IMG/VR virus record: IMGVR_UViG_3300021960_000060
Span: 4,070-68,069 of that record
Source: a virus
Length of the DNA: 64,000 nt
Reading direction: 5' to 3' (one strand)
The notes beneath the pieces were generated by a model, which saw nothing but the letters and a program-made list of their open reading frames with translations, searched no databases and was not told the origin of the DNA. Shown here in pieces: positions 47,478 to 56,472 of the stretch (position 1 is its first letter; every line of letters starts with the position of its first letter). Position numbers and translations under genes: made by a program.

Positions 47478-47672
47478 TTATTCAAAAATAGGAAAAATAC
47501 TTTGTCTCATCTTTTTAAGATGATTCGGATCATTACCATAGTAACCCATATTCATATAAATGCAATCAACATAACGCAAATCTTCGCGGTTTACATCATA
47601 GGTAAATCTGTCACAGTACTCAAGGATTTCATACGGAACCTTTACCTGTATGTGATCATAATCAATAATCAT
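47478..47672 (-). CDS. Hypothetical protein
   Basis: 64 aa; ATGA coupling with the upstream ORF. Confidence 0.65.
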   Translation of the reverse strand: MIIDYDHIQVKVPYEILEYCDRFTYDVNREDLRYVDCIYMNMGYYGNDPNHLKKMRQSIFPIFE

Positions 47673-47869
47673 TTACTCCATCGTAAAGTTTTAAGGTGTT
47701 TGAGGACTTCTTCACGAACATCCATCAATTCGTTATAACATTTTTGATTACGAGCACATTCACGAAGAGATGCATCTGGTTTATGTACTGACTCAATAAA
47801 GATGTCAAGACCACGATTCCATTTGTCTTGTTTACTTTCGCAATTATCTATACTGTTTTGGTCTTTCAT
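47669..47869 (-). CDS. Conserved cyanophage hypothetical protein (probable start MKDQN)
   Basis: KWNRGLDIFIESVHKPD...CARNQKCYNELM. Confidence 0.7.
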   Translation of the reverse strand: MKDQNSIDNCESKQDKWNRGLDIFIESVHKPDASLRECARNQKCYNELMDVREEVLKHLKTLRWSK

Positions 47870-48060
47870 TTGATAACCTCCCAATGATCATCGGATGATT
47901 CATTCATCCAAAAAAAGTATTTACCACTGATCGATGCAAGGAAAACTTTACCATCTTGTCGTTTTTCAATACGACAGGAATGTAATAGATCCATTTGATT
48001 GGCAAAACGATTTTTTGCCTTAGAGCTCTTTGGTTTTACACAAAGGAATTCAGTCTTCAT
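47866..48060 (-). CDS. Conserved cyanophage hypothetical protein
   Basis: VKPKSSKAKNRFANQM; promoter TTGACA-17-TAGAAT at 48085-48113. Confidence 0.75.
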   Translation of the reverse strand: MKTEFLCVKPKSSKAKNRFANQMDLLHSCRIEKRQDGKVFLASISGKYFFWMNESSDDHWEVIK

Positions 48061-48125
48061 ACTTTGATTAACCTCAACAAAGGTATTCTATAGGAGTTTG
48101 GTAATGTTGTCAAGTGGTCGTGTGA

Positions 48126-48188
48126 TAAGGATACTCTATGTAAGACTGTTTAATGCCTCTCTAAGGGCATTCAGTCTTATTATCCTTA
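48126..48188 (-). ncRNA. Long three-segment hairpin in a non-coding interval (candidate sRNA)
   Basis: TAAGGATA/TATCCTTA, TAAGACTG/CAGTCTTA and AATGCC/GGCATT stems; TATACT -10 at 48250-48255. Confidence 0.5.
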
Positions 48189-48306
48189 GGATTGCTTTTG
48201 ATCTAGTAATAGGAGTGCTACAGTCGATTTAAAGCGCGTTTGTCTGTATAGTATAGGGCAATATGAACCAACTTTAGTCTATGGTGTGCAGTAATTAAAC
48301 TGTCTA

Positions 48307-48335
48307 TTGACATCTTGACTGTATCTTGTTAGTAT
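48307..48335 (+). promoter_or_regulatory. sigma70 promoter for the plus-strand gene pair
   Basis: TTGACA-17 nt-TAGTAT. Confidence 0.7.
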
Positions 48336-48359
48336 TTAAAATATCTATACCATATAATA

Positions 48360-49094
48360 ATGATCACTGTATATTGGTCTCCTTGGTATGCAGATAAGAA
48401 GACATATGATGAAAACTATCTAACACACTATGGATTAGATAATGTTTATGTTGATCTTCTGGTGCATAAAGATCAATCAAATGCTAGAGATAACTTCTTT
48501 AATTGCTATGCATTCAAAGGTGCAATGAAGAATATGTATTGTCTCAGGAACCCTTACTCTGTCGATCTTCGATATGAGAATGGTAAATGTATTTCTAATG
48601 CACCACCAAAAGCAATTTATGATCTTGCAATGACATCACAAGTCAAAGCTCCTTCAATGCAGGATGCACTAACGATTAACTATGGTGTCAGTTGGATATT
48701 CTTTGCTGATAAACCTCTACACATACAAACAATGCACCCATATATGCATGGGACAGAGGCAAGTAAGACATCATTTTATGTCCCTGGATCTTTTGACATT
48801 TCTAAATGGTTTCGACCAGTTGAAACTGCATGTCAGTTATTTCCTGGTGAGAATACATTTAAGTCTGATGAAGGTGATCCACTAATCTATGCAAACTTCC
48901 TGACTGATGAGAAGATTCAATTCAAGAAGTTTTATCTAACTCAAGACATCATTGATCATTCAATGAGTTGTATGAAACTCAAATACTTCAAGTCATTTAA
49001 GGCACTAAATTACTTGTATAAGATATTTGTTCAGAGTAAACTGAGAAATAAAATCCTGACTGATATCAAGAAAAATGTTATTGAGGATGAATGA
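48360..49094 (+). CDS. Hypothetical protein, beta-rich (possible dUTPase-like fold)
   Basis: 244 aa; FFNCYAF, WIFF, VPGSFDISKWFRP, GDPLIY. Confidence 0.7.
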   Translation: MITVYWSPWYADKKTYDENYLTHYGLDNVYVDLLVHKDQSNARDNFFNCYAFKGAMKNMYCLRNPYSVDLRYENGKCISNAPPKAIYDLAMTSQVKAPSMQDALTINYGVSWIFFADKPLHIQTMHPYMHGTEASKTSFYVPGSFDISKWFRPVETACQLFPGENTFKSDEGDPLIYANFLTDEKIQFKKFYLTQDIIDHSMSCMKLKYFKSFKALNYLYKIFVQSKLRNKILTDIKKNVIEDE

Positions 49095-49819
49095 TGTTTA
49101 AGAAACCACTCAAGTTGACTGCATATACTTGGGAGAGTGATATATTTACAAATGATAAACCAACATTTAATAAGACTGATCAGACTGATTGGATGAGATT
49201 ATTGCCACCAAGTTATGATGCGTTTGATCAACCATCAAACAGTTACTTTGAGATGGCAACTGCCAAGAATTGTCCTGGCATTAAGAACTTTATTGGTGGT
49301 GGAATTAAGTTTCGCATGTGGGCACATTTACATGCAAGAGTTCATCCAAATGGATATGTAGAGGAACTTCCTGGATCTTTTAAGGGCAATAACCCAGCAC
49401 CATTGTTTGCTCAACATCCAAAGGCTCAGTATGAACACATCTATCAGAGGAATAAAACATCATTCAAGTTAAACAATCCTTGGATCATGCAGTGCAACAA
49501 ACCAACAAAGTTTGTGTTCGTTGAATCTCATTATTCTACAAATCATTTAAGGGAGAATAATGTCAGCATTGCTCCAGGTATTATTGACTTTAAATACCAG
49601 AAAGCAACAAACATTCATCTGATTGTTGATGTAAAGAAAGAACCATATGAATTGATTATCCCATATGGCACTCCATTGATGACACTATTTCCTATGACTG
49701 AGGAGAAGATTAACTTTGATTGTGAATTAGTGTCGAAGGATGAATATGAAAAAATCAATATTACATTCCCAAGATGTCCAATGAGAAAATACTATCAGTT
49801 AATTAAGAACCTTAGCTAG
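49091..49819 (+). CDS. Hypothetical protein, distantly similar to the upstream gene
   Basis: 242 aa; TAKNCPGI, KLNNPW, APGIIDF, IPYGTPLMTLFP; ATGA coupling. Confidence 0.7.
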   Translation: MMFKKPLKLTAYTWESDIFTNDKPTFNKTDQTDWMRLLPPSYDAFDQPSNSYFEMATAKNCPGIKNFIGGGIKFRMWAHLHARVHPNGYVEELPGSFKGNNPAPLFAQHPKAQYEHIYQRNKTSFKLNNPWIMQCNKPTKFVFVESHYSTNHLRENNVSIAPGIIDFKYQKATNIHLIVDVKKEPYELIIPYGTPLMTLFPMTEEKINFDCELVSKDEYEKINITFPRCPMRKYYQLIKNLS

Positions 49820-51478
49820 TTTCTGAATCTCTGGCAGATACATATACTCTATTTCACTTTTGCGAAGTGTAATAAGTGCATCTTCAATAGTTTCTACCAG
49901 AGGATCGCCACCTAGATTAAAACTCGTATTGAATAAAATAGGAACGTCACTGAGTTTTTCAAACTCTGAGATTAAATTATAGTAGTGTTCATTCTGTTCT
50001 TTTGTGACAGTCTGAATCCTACATGTATTGTCTACATGAATGACTGATGGGATAATATCTACAACACCCTCTTTTGCTTCAACTGCATACATCATATTGG
50101 GTGATTCATCCATAGATGCAAGATCAAACCAGTCATGAACTTTTTCTTTTAGAATAGAACATGCAAATGGCCTGAACCATTCACGATGTTTGACCTGGTT
50201 TACAATATCTTTTCCATCTTTGATTGTAGGATCAAATAGAATAGATCTGTTGCCTAGTGCTCTTGGACCTCCTTCAGATCTACCTTGGAAGATAGTTACA
50301 ATGTTTCCATCTCTGATGAGTTTGGCAACATCTTCATAGGAAGTATCAACAACGTTAACATCATTAAGATCTCTTAGATAAGTATCTGGATCATATTGTG
50401 GACCATAATAAACTACGGACTGTGGTTCTGGGATTCTCTCAGTTGTATGAGCATAGTGATACTTTGCTGCACCAATAGATGTACCACCATCATGAGAGAT
50501 TGGTTCGCAGTATATGTTGAGGTCTGGGAATTCTTTTGCATACTTATAGTTTGCTACACAATTCAAACCATATCCACCACAGATGACAATATTTGTCTCT
50601 CCTGTCATTTCATGAGCCTTACGAATCAATTCAACCATACGATCTGAAGTTTCTTCCTGAACTTTGTAGGCAAGATCTTTTTGAATGTCAGTATATTCAC
50701 CTTGAGTCTGCAACTTATAATCATCATGAATAATTTTATATCTAGCAACATTGATTGATGCTGCATTTGGATACGTTGGAACAATCAGATTTCTGTTACC
50801 CCATCCATCAACAAAGAAATCAGGTAGATCATCATTTGGTTTTCCATATGGGGCAAGACCCATGAGTTTTCCTGCTTCAATAGCTTTAAATCCACAGTGC
50901 TGTGTGACTGCCTCATACATTTTTGTGAGTCCAGGATATTCTGTTAGATGTATATCTGGTTCTATCTCAGTATATCCTATGGATACTTTCGTTCCAATGT
51001 GTTTATATACAGTGTCAAAATAAGTTGGGTTATGTACTCTAATGATAGATTCAAATTCATAGCAGGGTTCTTGAATGTCTCCAATCTTTAGAAAACTACC
51101 TGCTCCATCAGCAATTACGCAAACAGCAGTTTCAAATCCAGAATTGTAATATCCACATGCAGCATGCATTTCATGATGAATTTGATCAATATAATGTGTT
51201 TTAAACTTAAACTTTTTCTTTGCTAATTTTCTAACCCAACCTTCGTAAACACTTTCACCACTCCATTCAAAAATTGGTCCTTCTCTATGAGTGTGGCATA
51301 TTATTAATTCATCGATATAATCAACATAATCAAATACTTTCTGAAGTCCTAGAAGAGGATCTCCATCCCATTTATTTCTAGATAATCTCTCCTCTTCAAG
51401 ATAGAAAACTACCTCACCATCAACTAAAAGTGTGGTACTACCATTATGACCGCGAGCAATAGAAACAATAACTGACAT
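49799..51478 (-). CDS. O-carbamoyltransferase (NodU/CmcH/TobZ family)
   Basis: EEERLSRNK, HHEMHA, GKLMGLAPYG, GGYGLNCVAN, EGGPRALGNRSIL, KHREWFRPFA, HVDNTCRIQTV, NTSFN. Confidence 0.93.
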   Translation of the reverse strand: MSVIVSIARGHNGSTTLLVDGEVVFYLEEERLSRNKWDGDPLLGLQKVFDYVDYIDELIICHTHREGPIFEWSGESVYEGWVRKLAKKKFKFKTHYIDQIHHEMHAACGYYNSGFETAVCVIADGAGSFLKIGDIQEPCYEFESIIRVHNPTYFDTVYKHIGTKVSIGYTEIEPDIHLTEYPGLTKMYEAVTQHCGFKAIEAGKLMGLAPYGKPNDDLPDFFVDGWGNRNLIVPTYPNAASINVARYKIIHDDYKLQTQGEYTDIQKDLAYKVQEETSDRMVELIRKAHEMTGETNIVICGGYGLNCVANYKYAKEFPDLNIYCEPISHDGGTSIGAAKYHYAHTTERIPEPQSVVYYGPQYDPDTYLRDLNDVNVVDTSYEDVAKLIRDGNIVTIFQGRSEGGPRALGNRSILFDPTIKDGKDIVNQVKHREWFRPFACSILKEKVHDWFDLASMDESPNMMYAVEAKEGVVDIIPSVIHVDNTCRIQTVTKEQNEHYYNLISEFEKLSDVPILFNTSFNLGGDPLVETIEDALITLRKSEIEYMYLPEIQKLAKVLN

Positions 51479-51480
51479 GA

Positions 51481-52404
51481 TTATTCTCCAATTTTTTTCT
51501 TAGCATCAACTAGGATCTTATTTGTAATATCATCCAATTCTTTTCTGGTGAAATCCATACAAGTGTCATTATATCTGTTTATCAATTCTCCATCTAATCC
51601 ATCAATTCTAATTGGAGAATATTTCTTTTTAATTACTTTCTTCTCTAAAATATTGAAATGTTTTGGATATGATATATTCTCTGCAAATGTCGATCCAAGT
51701 ATAATACTTCCTGGTTTATTAAAAGCATATGCCATATGCTGTCCCACAGAATCAATACCAACAAAATAATCTGCAGCCTCTATAATTGCAGACCATTGTC
51801 TAATATTGGTCTCTACATACATATTCTCATCATTATCAAATTTAATTTCACTGAATGTAATTAGATTATACTTCCTTCTAATCTTTTCTGAAATATAGAA
51901 GTAATCATCAGTAGATAGTGATCGACTTAATGGATCAATTGTATGTCCACTTTTGTGAAGACTACAACTTCTACCAAAAGGTTGAATGACAATAGTCTTT
52001 TTCTTTTTATGGTAATCTTTTACATTAGAAATTGCATCAAGTGCATTGATCTCCTCCATTTTAGAGAGAACAATCTTTGGTTTCTCTAAATCAGAATGAT
52101 CATCTGTATTGTTTATTAACTTATCAAAAGATTGTGACAGAGATTTCTTTTGATTGTAGTAACCATGTTCGCGATATGGTTCTATCGTTACCAGATCATT
52201 GGGTTTGATAATATTCTCAAACAAACCCTTATGATTTAACTCAAAGGATAAATCTTGAAGTTCTGGATGACCGACGAAAAATTCTATTCCAGATTCCGAT
52301 AGGATATAAAAATCTGGACCATGATTCTTATAATATTTTTGTAATGCTGGTAATGCACATATTACTCTTCCTGCACCACCATTAATAACAAAAACCTTCT
52401 TCAT
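51481..52404 (-). CDS. GT-B glycosyltransferase, family 9-like
   Basis: GGAGRVICALPAL, IQPFG, ADYFVGIDSVGQHMAYAFNKP. Confidence 0.8.
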   Translation of the reverse strand: MKKVFVINGGAGRVICALPALQKYYKNHGPDFYILSESGIEFFVGHPELQDLSFELNHKGLFENIIKPNDLVTIEPYREHGYYNQKKSLSQSFDKLINNTDDHSDLEKPKIVLSKMEEINALDAISNVKDYHKKKKTIVIQPFGRSCSLHKSGHTIDPLSRSLSTDDYFYISEKIRRKYNLITFSEIKFDNDENMYVETNIRQWSAIIEAADYFVGIDSVGQHMAYAFNKPGSIILGSTFAENISYPKHFNILEKKVIKKKYSPIRIDGLDGELINRYNDTCMDFTRKELDDITNKILVDAKKKIGE

Positions 52405-52425
52405 TCACAAAACCATAATACTGTA

Positions 52426-53094
52426 CTATGTAGTTGATATTCCTAAATCAGTTCTCATGCGTACTATCATATCACTTTGATGACCATCAGTATCTTTGAG
52501 ATATTGTAGATAATCACTAAAATCTTCATCTACATGATATCTAAATGTACTTTGAGTGACTCCATCAGGGAATTCTACGGGAGTACTAAATGTTACAGTC
52601 TTAGCAGTATTATCAACTGTTGGACTTCCATTTTCCAGTGCATTGATCGTAACTTTTAAGTTGGCATTTGCTGCAGTCCAATGGTCATACAATTCTTGAG
52701 TTGATTCAATATCTGCATATAAAGATGCAGAAGCTACTGGTCTTGGAAGATCTGTTAAATTGACAGTTTGATCAGGAACTTCAGCAGGAGTTGGTGCTGA
52801 ACCTGCAGCTGCATCAATCTGTGCTTGCAATTCTGCTAATTTTCTTGCCTCTTCTTTTTCTCTTGCCTCCTTATGTGGTTCCTCTTGAGCATGAATCAAA
52901 TCACGAATAATGGAATAATTATCTGAGTCAATATTGATGAATTGATTATTATAGTAATAATCCCCAATTGCAGGTGATCCAGAAGATATTTCAGTCCACT
53001 CTAGACCACTAGTTCTTACGAAGTTTTCATCTGTTGAGATATCAATCACAACATTAATTCCATAGATATTTTGTTTTGTTCTTATGTAACTCAT
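52426..53094 (-). CDS. Hypothetical protein (possible fibre assembly/chaperone)
   Basis: 222 aa directly downstream of the Gly/Cys-rich protein. Confidence 0.6.
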   Translation of the reverse strand: MSYIRTKQNIYGINVVIDISTDENFVRTSGLEWTEISSGSPAIGDYYYNNQFINIDSDNYSIIRDLIHAQEEPHKEAREKEEARKLAELQAQIDAAAGSAPTPAEVPDQTVNLTDLPRPVASASLYADIESTQELYDHWTAANANLKVTINALENGSPTVDNTAKTVTFSTPVEFPDGVTQSTFRYHVDEDFSDYLQYLKDTDGHQSDMIVRMRTDLGISTT

Positions 53095-53103
53095 TTACTT
53101 ACC

Positions 53104-54696
53104 TCAGTATAATAGTACGACTACGCCACTTCCTGCAGCAGGATATTTTCTATTTCCTCCACCACCATAACCAGCACTGGTTGTAATACCTGCACCATTA
53201 CCATAAGCAATATCAGAAATATTTGCATCATTTTCATCAACTAGTGTGGATGTTGGAATAATATACTCTTCTGAATAATTTGCAGTTTTATCTTGAATAA
53301 ATCCTAAGTTGTGTGATCTCTTGTAAGTTATTGTGCTTCCAGACTCATGAACTAATCCATATGGACTACAGAAGCAATGAGCAGTTCCAGATTGTGCTGT
53401 TCCAAAGTAATAGGTATATGCAAATCCCATACATGTATAGCACCAACTTTGATTACCGCATGTTCCTGTAAATGATGAACAAGTTGAGAAGCATCCAGGA
53501 AGTACGTCAGTACAAATATATGAACAACCACTTCCACCAAAGGAATAATCATAACCATAATTGGTGTAGGTGTAGCACATATGTAGAGCACTACCTCCAC
53601 CACCTCCAGTGGTTTTACTAACACCAACTTCAGTGACTATTTTTTCTACACTTCCAGATTTTCCATCATCAGCACTTGTTCCTGCTTGAGCACCAATTCC
53701 CATTGGAGTTTCATTATGGAATAAATCTGCAGCACCATCTGCAATACTATCAATAGTTGCTGATCCAACAAATCCATAAGTAGAATTCTTTTGATTTCTA
53801 CCTTTGAAAACATATTCAGATACGTTAGAATCTGCTAGGGCACATGCACAAAGATTGGTAATATTGCCACAAAGATAATAACAATAACAACCTACAAATG
53901 AAGTTCCACCAAATTGAGATCCACCAAATGTAGTGTGATATCCTCTATTTGCACATCCACAAGTTACTGTTGGATTAATCCAACAGGCACTTTGATTGCC
54001 ACTGGCTCCACCTCCTCCACCAGATCTAATACCATCAACACAAGAATCATATAAAAATTCTGGAATTAGAAGACCATCTCCACCTTCTCTATTAATATCT
54101 CCCCCACTTGCAGTTCCTCCTTTATTATAATATCCAGAGATATTATTTGCATAACCACAAACAGGAAGGGAAAAACCAAAGGCAACTGGATTATCATTTG
54201 ATGCATCTCTTGCTGTTGAATTACTAGTACATGCCCAAGTATGTGCAGATTCTGTTGCATTTGCTGCAGATATAGTAGTGAATCCATCACCAGCAACACT
54301 ACTGGCACTTAATCCGCCAACAGATCCAACATTAATTGTTAATGTCTTTCCTGGTACATCTTCATCTGAAGTGAATGTCTTCTCTGAATATGCTCCACCA
54401 GCGCCAGTTAAATGACCAGTAAAGCACACTGAATATGTTTTATTGGGAAATGCAACGCCAGAGCAACAATCAGAGGATACATGGCAATATGTCCCTGTTC
54501 TATAGCAAGATCCAGCACCAATTACAATTGCTTTTACGTTAGTTGATGACGATGGTACATCAAACGTTGTTGCTCCTGGAGTAGAGAAGACTTTTACATT
54601 TGAAAATACTCCACCACCACCACCACCACTACTACCGCCACCTCCTCCAGAGGATCCTTTTGTTCTACCAGCTGCAGTTCCTAAAAATCTTCCCAT
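53104..54696 (-). CDS. Gly/Cys-rich virion-associated protein
   Basis: FSTPGATTFDVP...VIGAG and C-terminal GSGVVVLLY of Gly-rich tail domains; about 26 Cys. Confidence 0.7.
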   Translation of the reverse strand: MGRFLGTAAGRTKGSSGGGGGSSGGGGGGVFSNVKVFSTPGATTFDVPSSSTNVKAIVIGAGSCYRTGTYCHVSSDCCSGVAFPNKTYSVCFTGHLTGAGGAYSEKTFTSDEDVPGKTLTINVGSVGGLSASSVAGDGFTTISAANATESAHTWACTSNSTARDASNDNPVAFGFSLPVCGYANNISGYYNKGGTASGGDINREGGDGLLIPEFLYDSCVDGIRSGGGGGASGNQSACWINPTVTCGCANRGYHTTFGGSQFGGTSFVGCYCYYLCGNITNLCACALADSNVSEYVFKGRNQKNSTYGFVGSATIDSIADGAADLFHNETPMGIGAQAGTSADDGKSGSVEKIVTEVGVSKTTGGGGGSALHMCYTYTNYGYDYSFGGSGCSYICTDVLPGCFSTCSSFTGTCGNQSWCYTCMGFAYTYYFGTAQSGTAHCFCSPYGLVHESGSTITYKRSHNLGFIQDKTANYSEEYIIPTSTLVDENDANISDIAYGNGAGITTSAGYGGGGNRKYPAAGSGVVVLLY

Positions 54697-54709
54697 AGTA
54701 TTTTACCTC

Positions 54710-55030
54710 TTATGCGGATTCTTCGATACCATAAACTGCCACAGAAACATCAGTGGTTGATGCATATGCAACGACATTCTTTGAGGAATTAATTACAACA
54801 CCTGTTCTTTCTAGAACACCTTGAGCACTCAGTGACGCTTCATATTCAATATACTCTGCATTTACTGGAGTATCACTTGCAGAAATAGCCAGTCTTACAG
54901 TTGCAGCTGCCGCAGATCTATTTAAAATATTGATGTTTGTTACAGCAAGAGTGGATGCTGGTACAGTATAAACAGTGTGATTTGTTGATGCTGTAGAAAT
55001 TCCTACTTGCCCTAAGATGCCGGACGCCAT
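54710..55030 (-). CDS. Small virion-associated beta-sandwich protein
   Basis: MASGILG...VYTVPA...EYIEY...VLERTG; late promoter at 55054. Confidence 0.7.
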   Translation of the reverse strand: MASGILGQVGISTASTNHTVYTVPASTLAVTNINILNRSAAAATVRLAISASDTPVNAEYIEYEASLSAQGVLERTGVVINSSKNVVAYASTTDVSVAVYGIEESA

Positions 55031-55066
55031 GTAAAAAATACTCTAATCTGTTGTATTTATATTTAA

Positions 55067-55249
55067 CTAGTTAAAAGAACTATGGAAAAATGATTTTGTG
55101 GTGACACCACTTCCCTTTTCTTTAATTTCTCCATTAACATCTAATGCTGATGTTGGACTTGATGATTGAATTCCAACACGACTGTGTGTAACATCAGAAA
55201 AGATATTTCCCTTTGACACTAAATTGGCAGATTGTCTTGTTTTTCCCAT
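55067..55249 (-). CDS. Small tail-fibre-like protein
   Basis: RVGIQSSSPTSALDVNG repeat typical of fibres. Confidence 0.55.
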   Translation of the reverse strand: MGKTRQSANLVSKGNIFSDVTHSRVGIQSSSPTSALDVNGEIKEKGSGVTTKSFFHSSFN

Positions 55250-55270
55250 TTCAGTATCTTTTATTTGTAT

Positions 55271-56125
55271 TTAGATATTAACAGTACCAATTCCAGATCG
55301 TAAAGATACTGTGAAAGCGATTCCAGTTATATTTTGAGTAAGAACTCCTGATCTTGTTGCAATTGATAATGCAGCTGCCGGTCCTGCGGCACCTGTTGAA
55401 CCAATTCCCATTGTATATTCTACAACATCTAATATGTCTCCTTCATTAGCAGCAGTTGCAAGAACAACTGTTGATCCATTACTTGCAATAAATTCACTTC
55501 CATTCAATCTAATACCATTTAGATATACGTCTATATTGCCTGCAGTATAACCACCAGAAATAGTAAATGTTTGTTGTCCTTGAGTTGCAGTTGCTGTTTT
55601 TTCTGCTTTTCCTGGACCTGTAGTCTCCTCTTCTTCTGGAGAACTATATGGAGCAGCATCAACCCATACAGATGTTGATCCAATACCTAATGTTGGTTCA
55701 TCATAATAAACAAATATTCTACCAAAATCTGTACTATACCAAAGATCACCTGATGATGGATCTACGGGAGCAGTTTGTCCAATAGAAACTGTTGATGATC
55801 CACTATTACTTGCGCCAGATGCATTTGATGGAGATGCATCTACCCATTGAGCACTACTTCCATCATCGTAATAAACAAAAGTTCTACCTTCTTCAGAATT
55901 GTACCATAAAGATCCTGAATATGGTGATCCTGGTGCAGTAGTTGAAATTGAAATACCACCAGCAGAAATGTTAGTTAAATTACTACCATCACCAACAAAT
56001 GATGTTGCAGTAACAATTCCAGTAAAATTAGAGTTACCAACGACCTCTAATACTGCCTTATTTTCACTATAAGATACAATACCAACTTTGAGTTCTCGTT
56101 CTCGGCCGCTTAGAAACTTAGACAT
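55271..56125 (-). CDS. Virion structural/tail fibre protein
   Basis: Two GxLWY...YYD..WVDA repeats; DVYLNGIRL domain. Confidence 0.7.
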   Translation of the reverse strand: MSKFLSGRERELKVGIVSYSENKAVLEVVGNSNFTGIVTATSFVGDGSNLTNISAGGISISTTAPGSPYSGSLWYNSEEGRTFVYYDDGSSAQWVDASPSNASGASNSGSSTVSIGQTAPVDPSSGDLWYSTDFGRIFVYYDEPTLGIGSTSVWVDAAPYSSPEEEETTGPGKAEKTATATQGQQTFTISGGYTAGNIDVYLNGIRLNGSEFIASNGSTVVLATAANEGDILDVVEYTMGIGSTGAAGPAAALSIATRSGVLTQNITGIAFTVSLRSGIGTVNI

Positions 56126-56126
56126 A

Positions 56127-56468
56127 TCAGTTCAGAGTCTCCAATACACTAACAATACACTTTACATTGCTGGCATTATTTGCTGATAAAACAATTACAT
56201 CACTTGGTTCTAACACCAACTTACCATTTACAACACTTGCAGTGTCATTTGCTGCAACAGGGAAGTCTTTTACAATTTCTGTTGTAACTGCTGTTCCTGT
56301 TGATGATCTCTCATGAGATACTGTGACTGTATATGTATCTGATCCTACATTTGCCACCTGAGCAAGTAATACAATGCCACTATATCCAGTGGGTGCAGTG
56401 TAGATACCTACCGGTGATGTTGATGCAACCTTTGTGATTGTTTTGTAATTGTTAAGTGCGAGTGCCAT
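56127..56468 (-). CDS. Small virion-associated protein
   Basis: IYTAPTG...GKLVLEPSD. Confidence 0.7.
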   Translation of the reverse strand: MALALNNYKTITKVASTSPVGIYTAPTGYSGIVLLAQVANVGSDTYTVTVSHERSSTGTAVTTEIVKDFPVAANDTASVVNGKLVLEPSDVIVLSANNASNVKCIVSVLETLN

Positions 56469-56472
56469 TTTA

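Noticed and set aside
29500-48350. tRNA genes
   Set aside because: No cloverleaf with a T-loop (GTTCRA) and acceptor stem was found by eye in the intergenic spaces.
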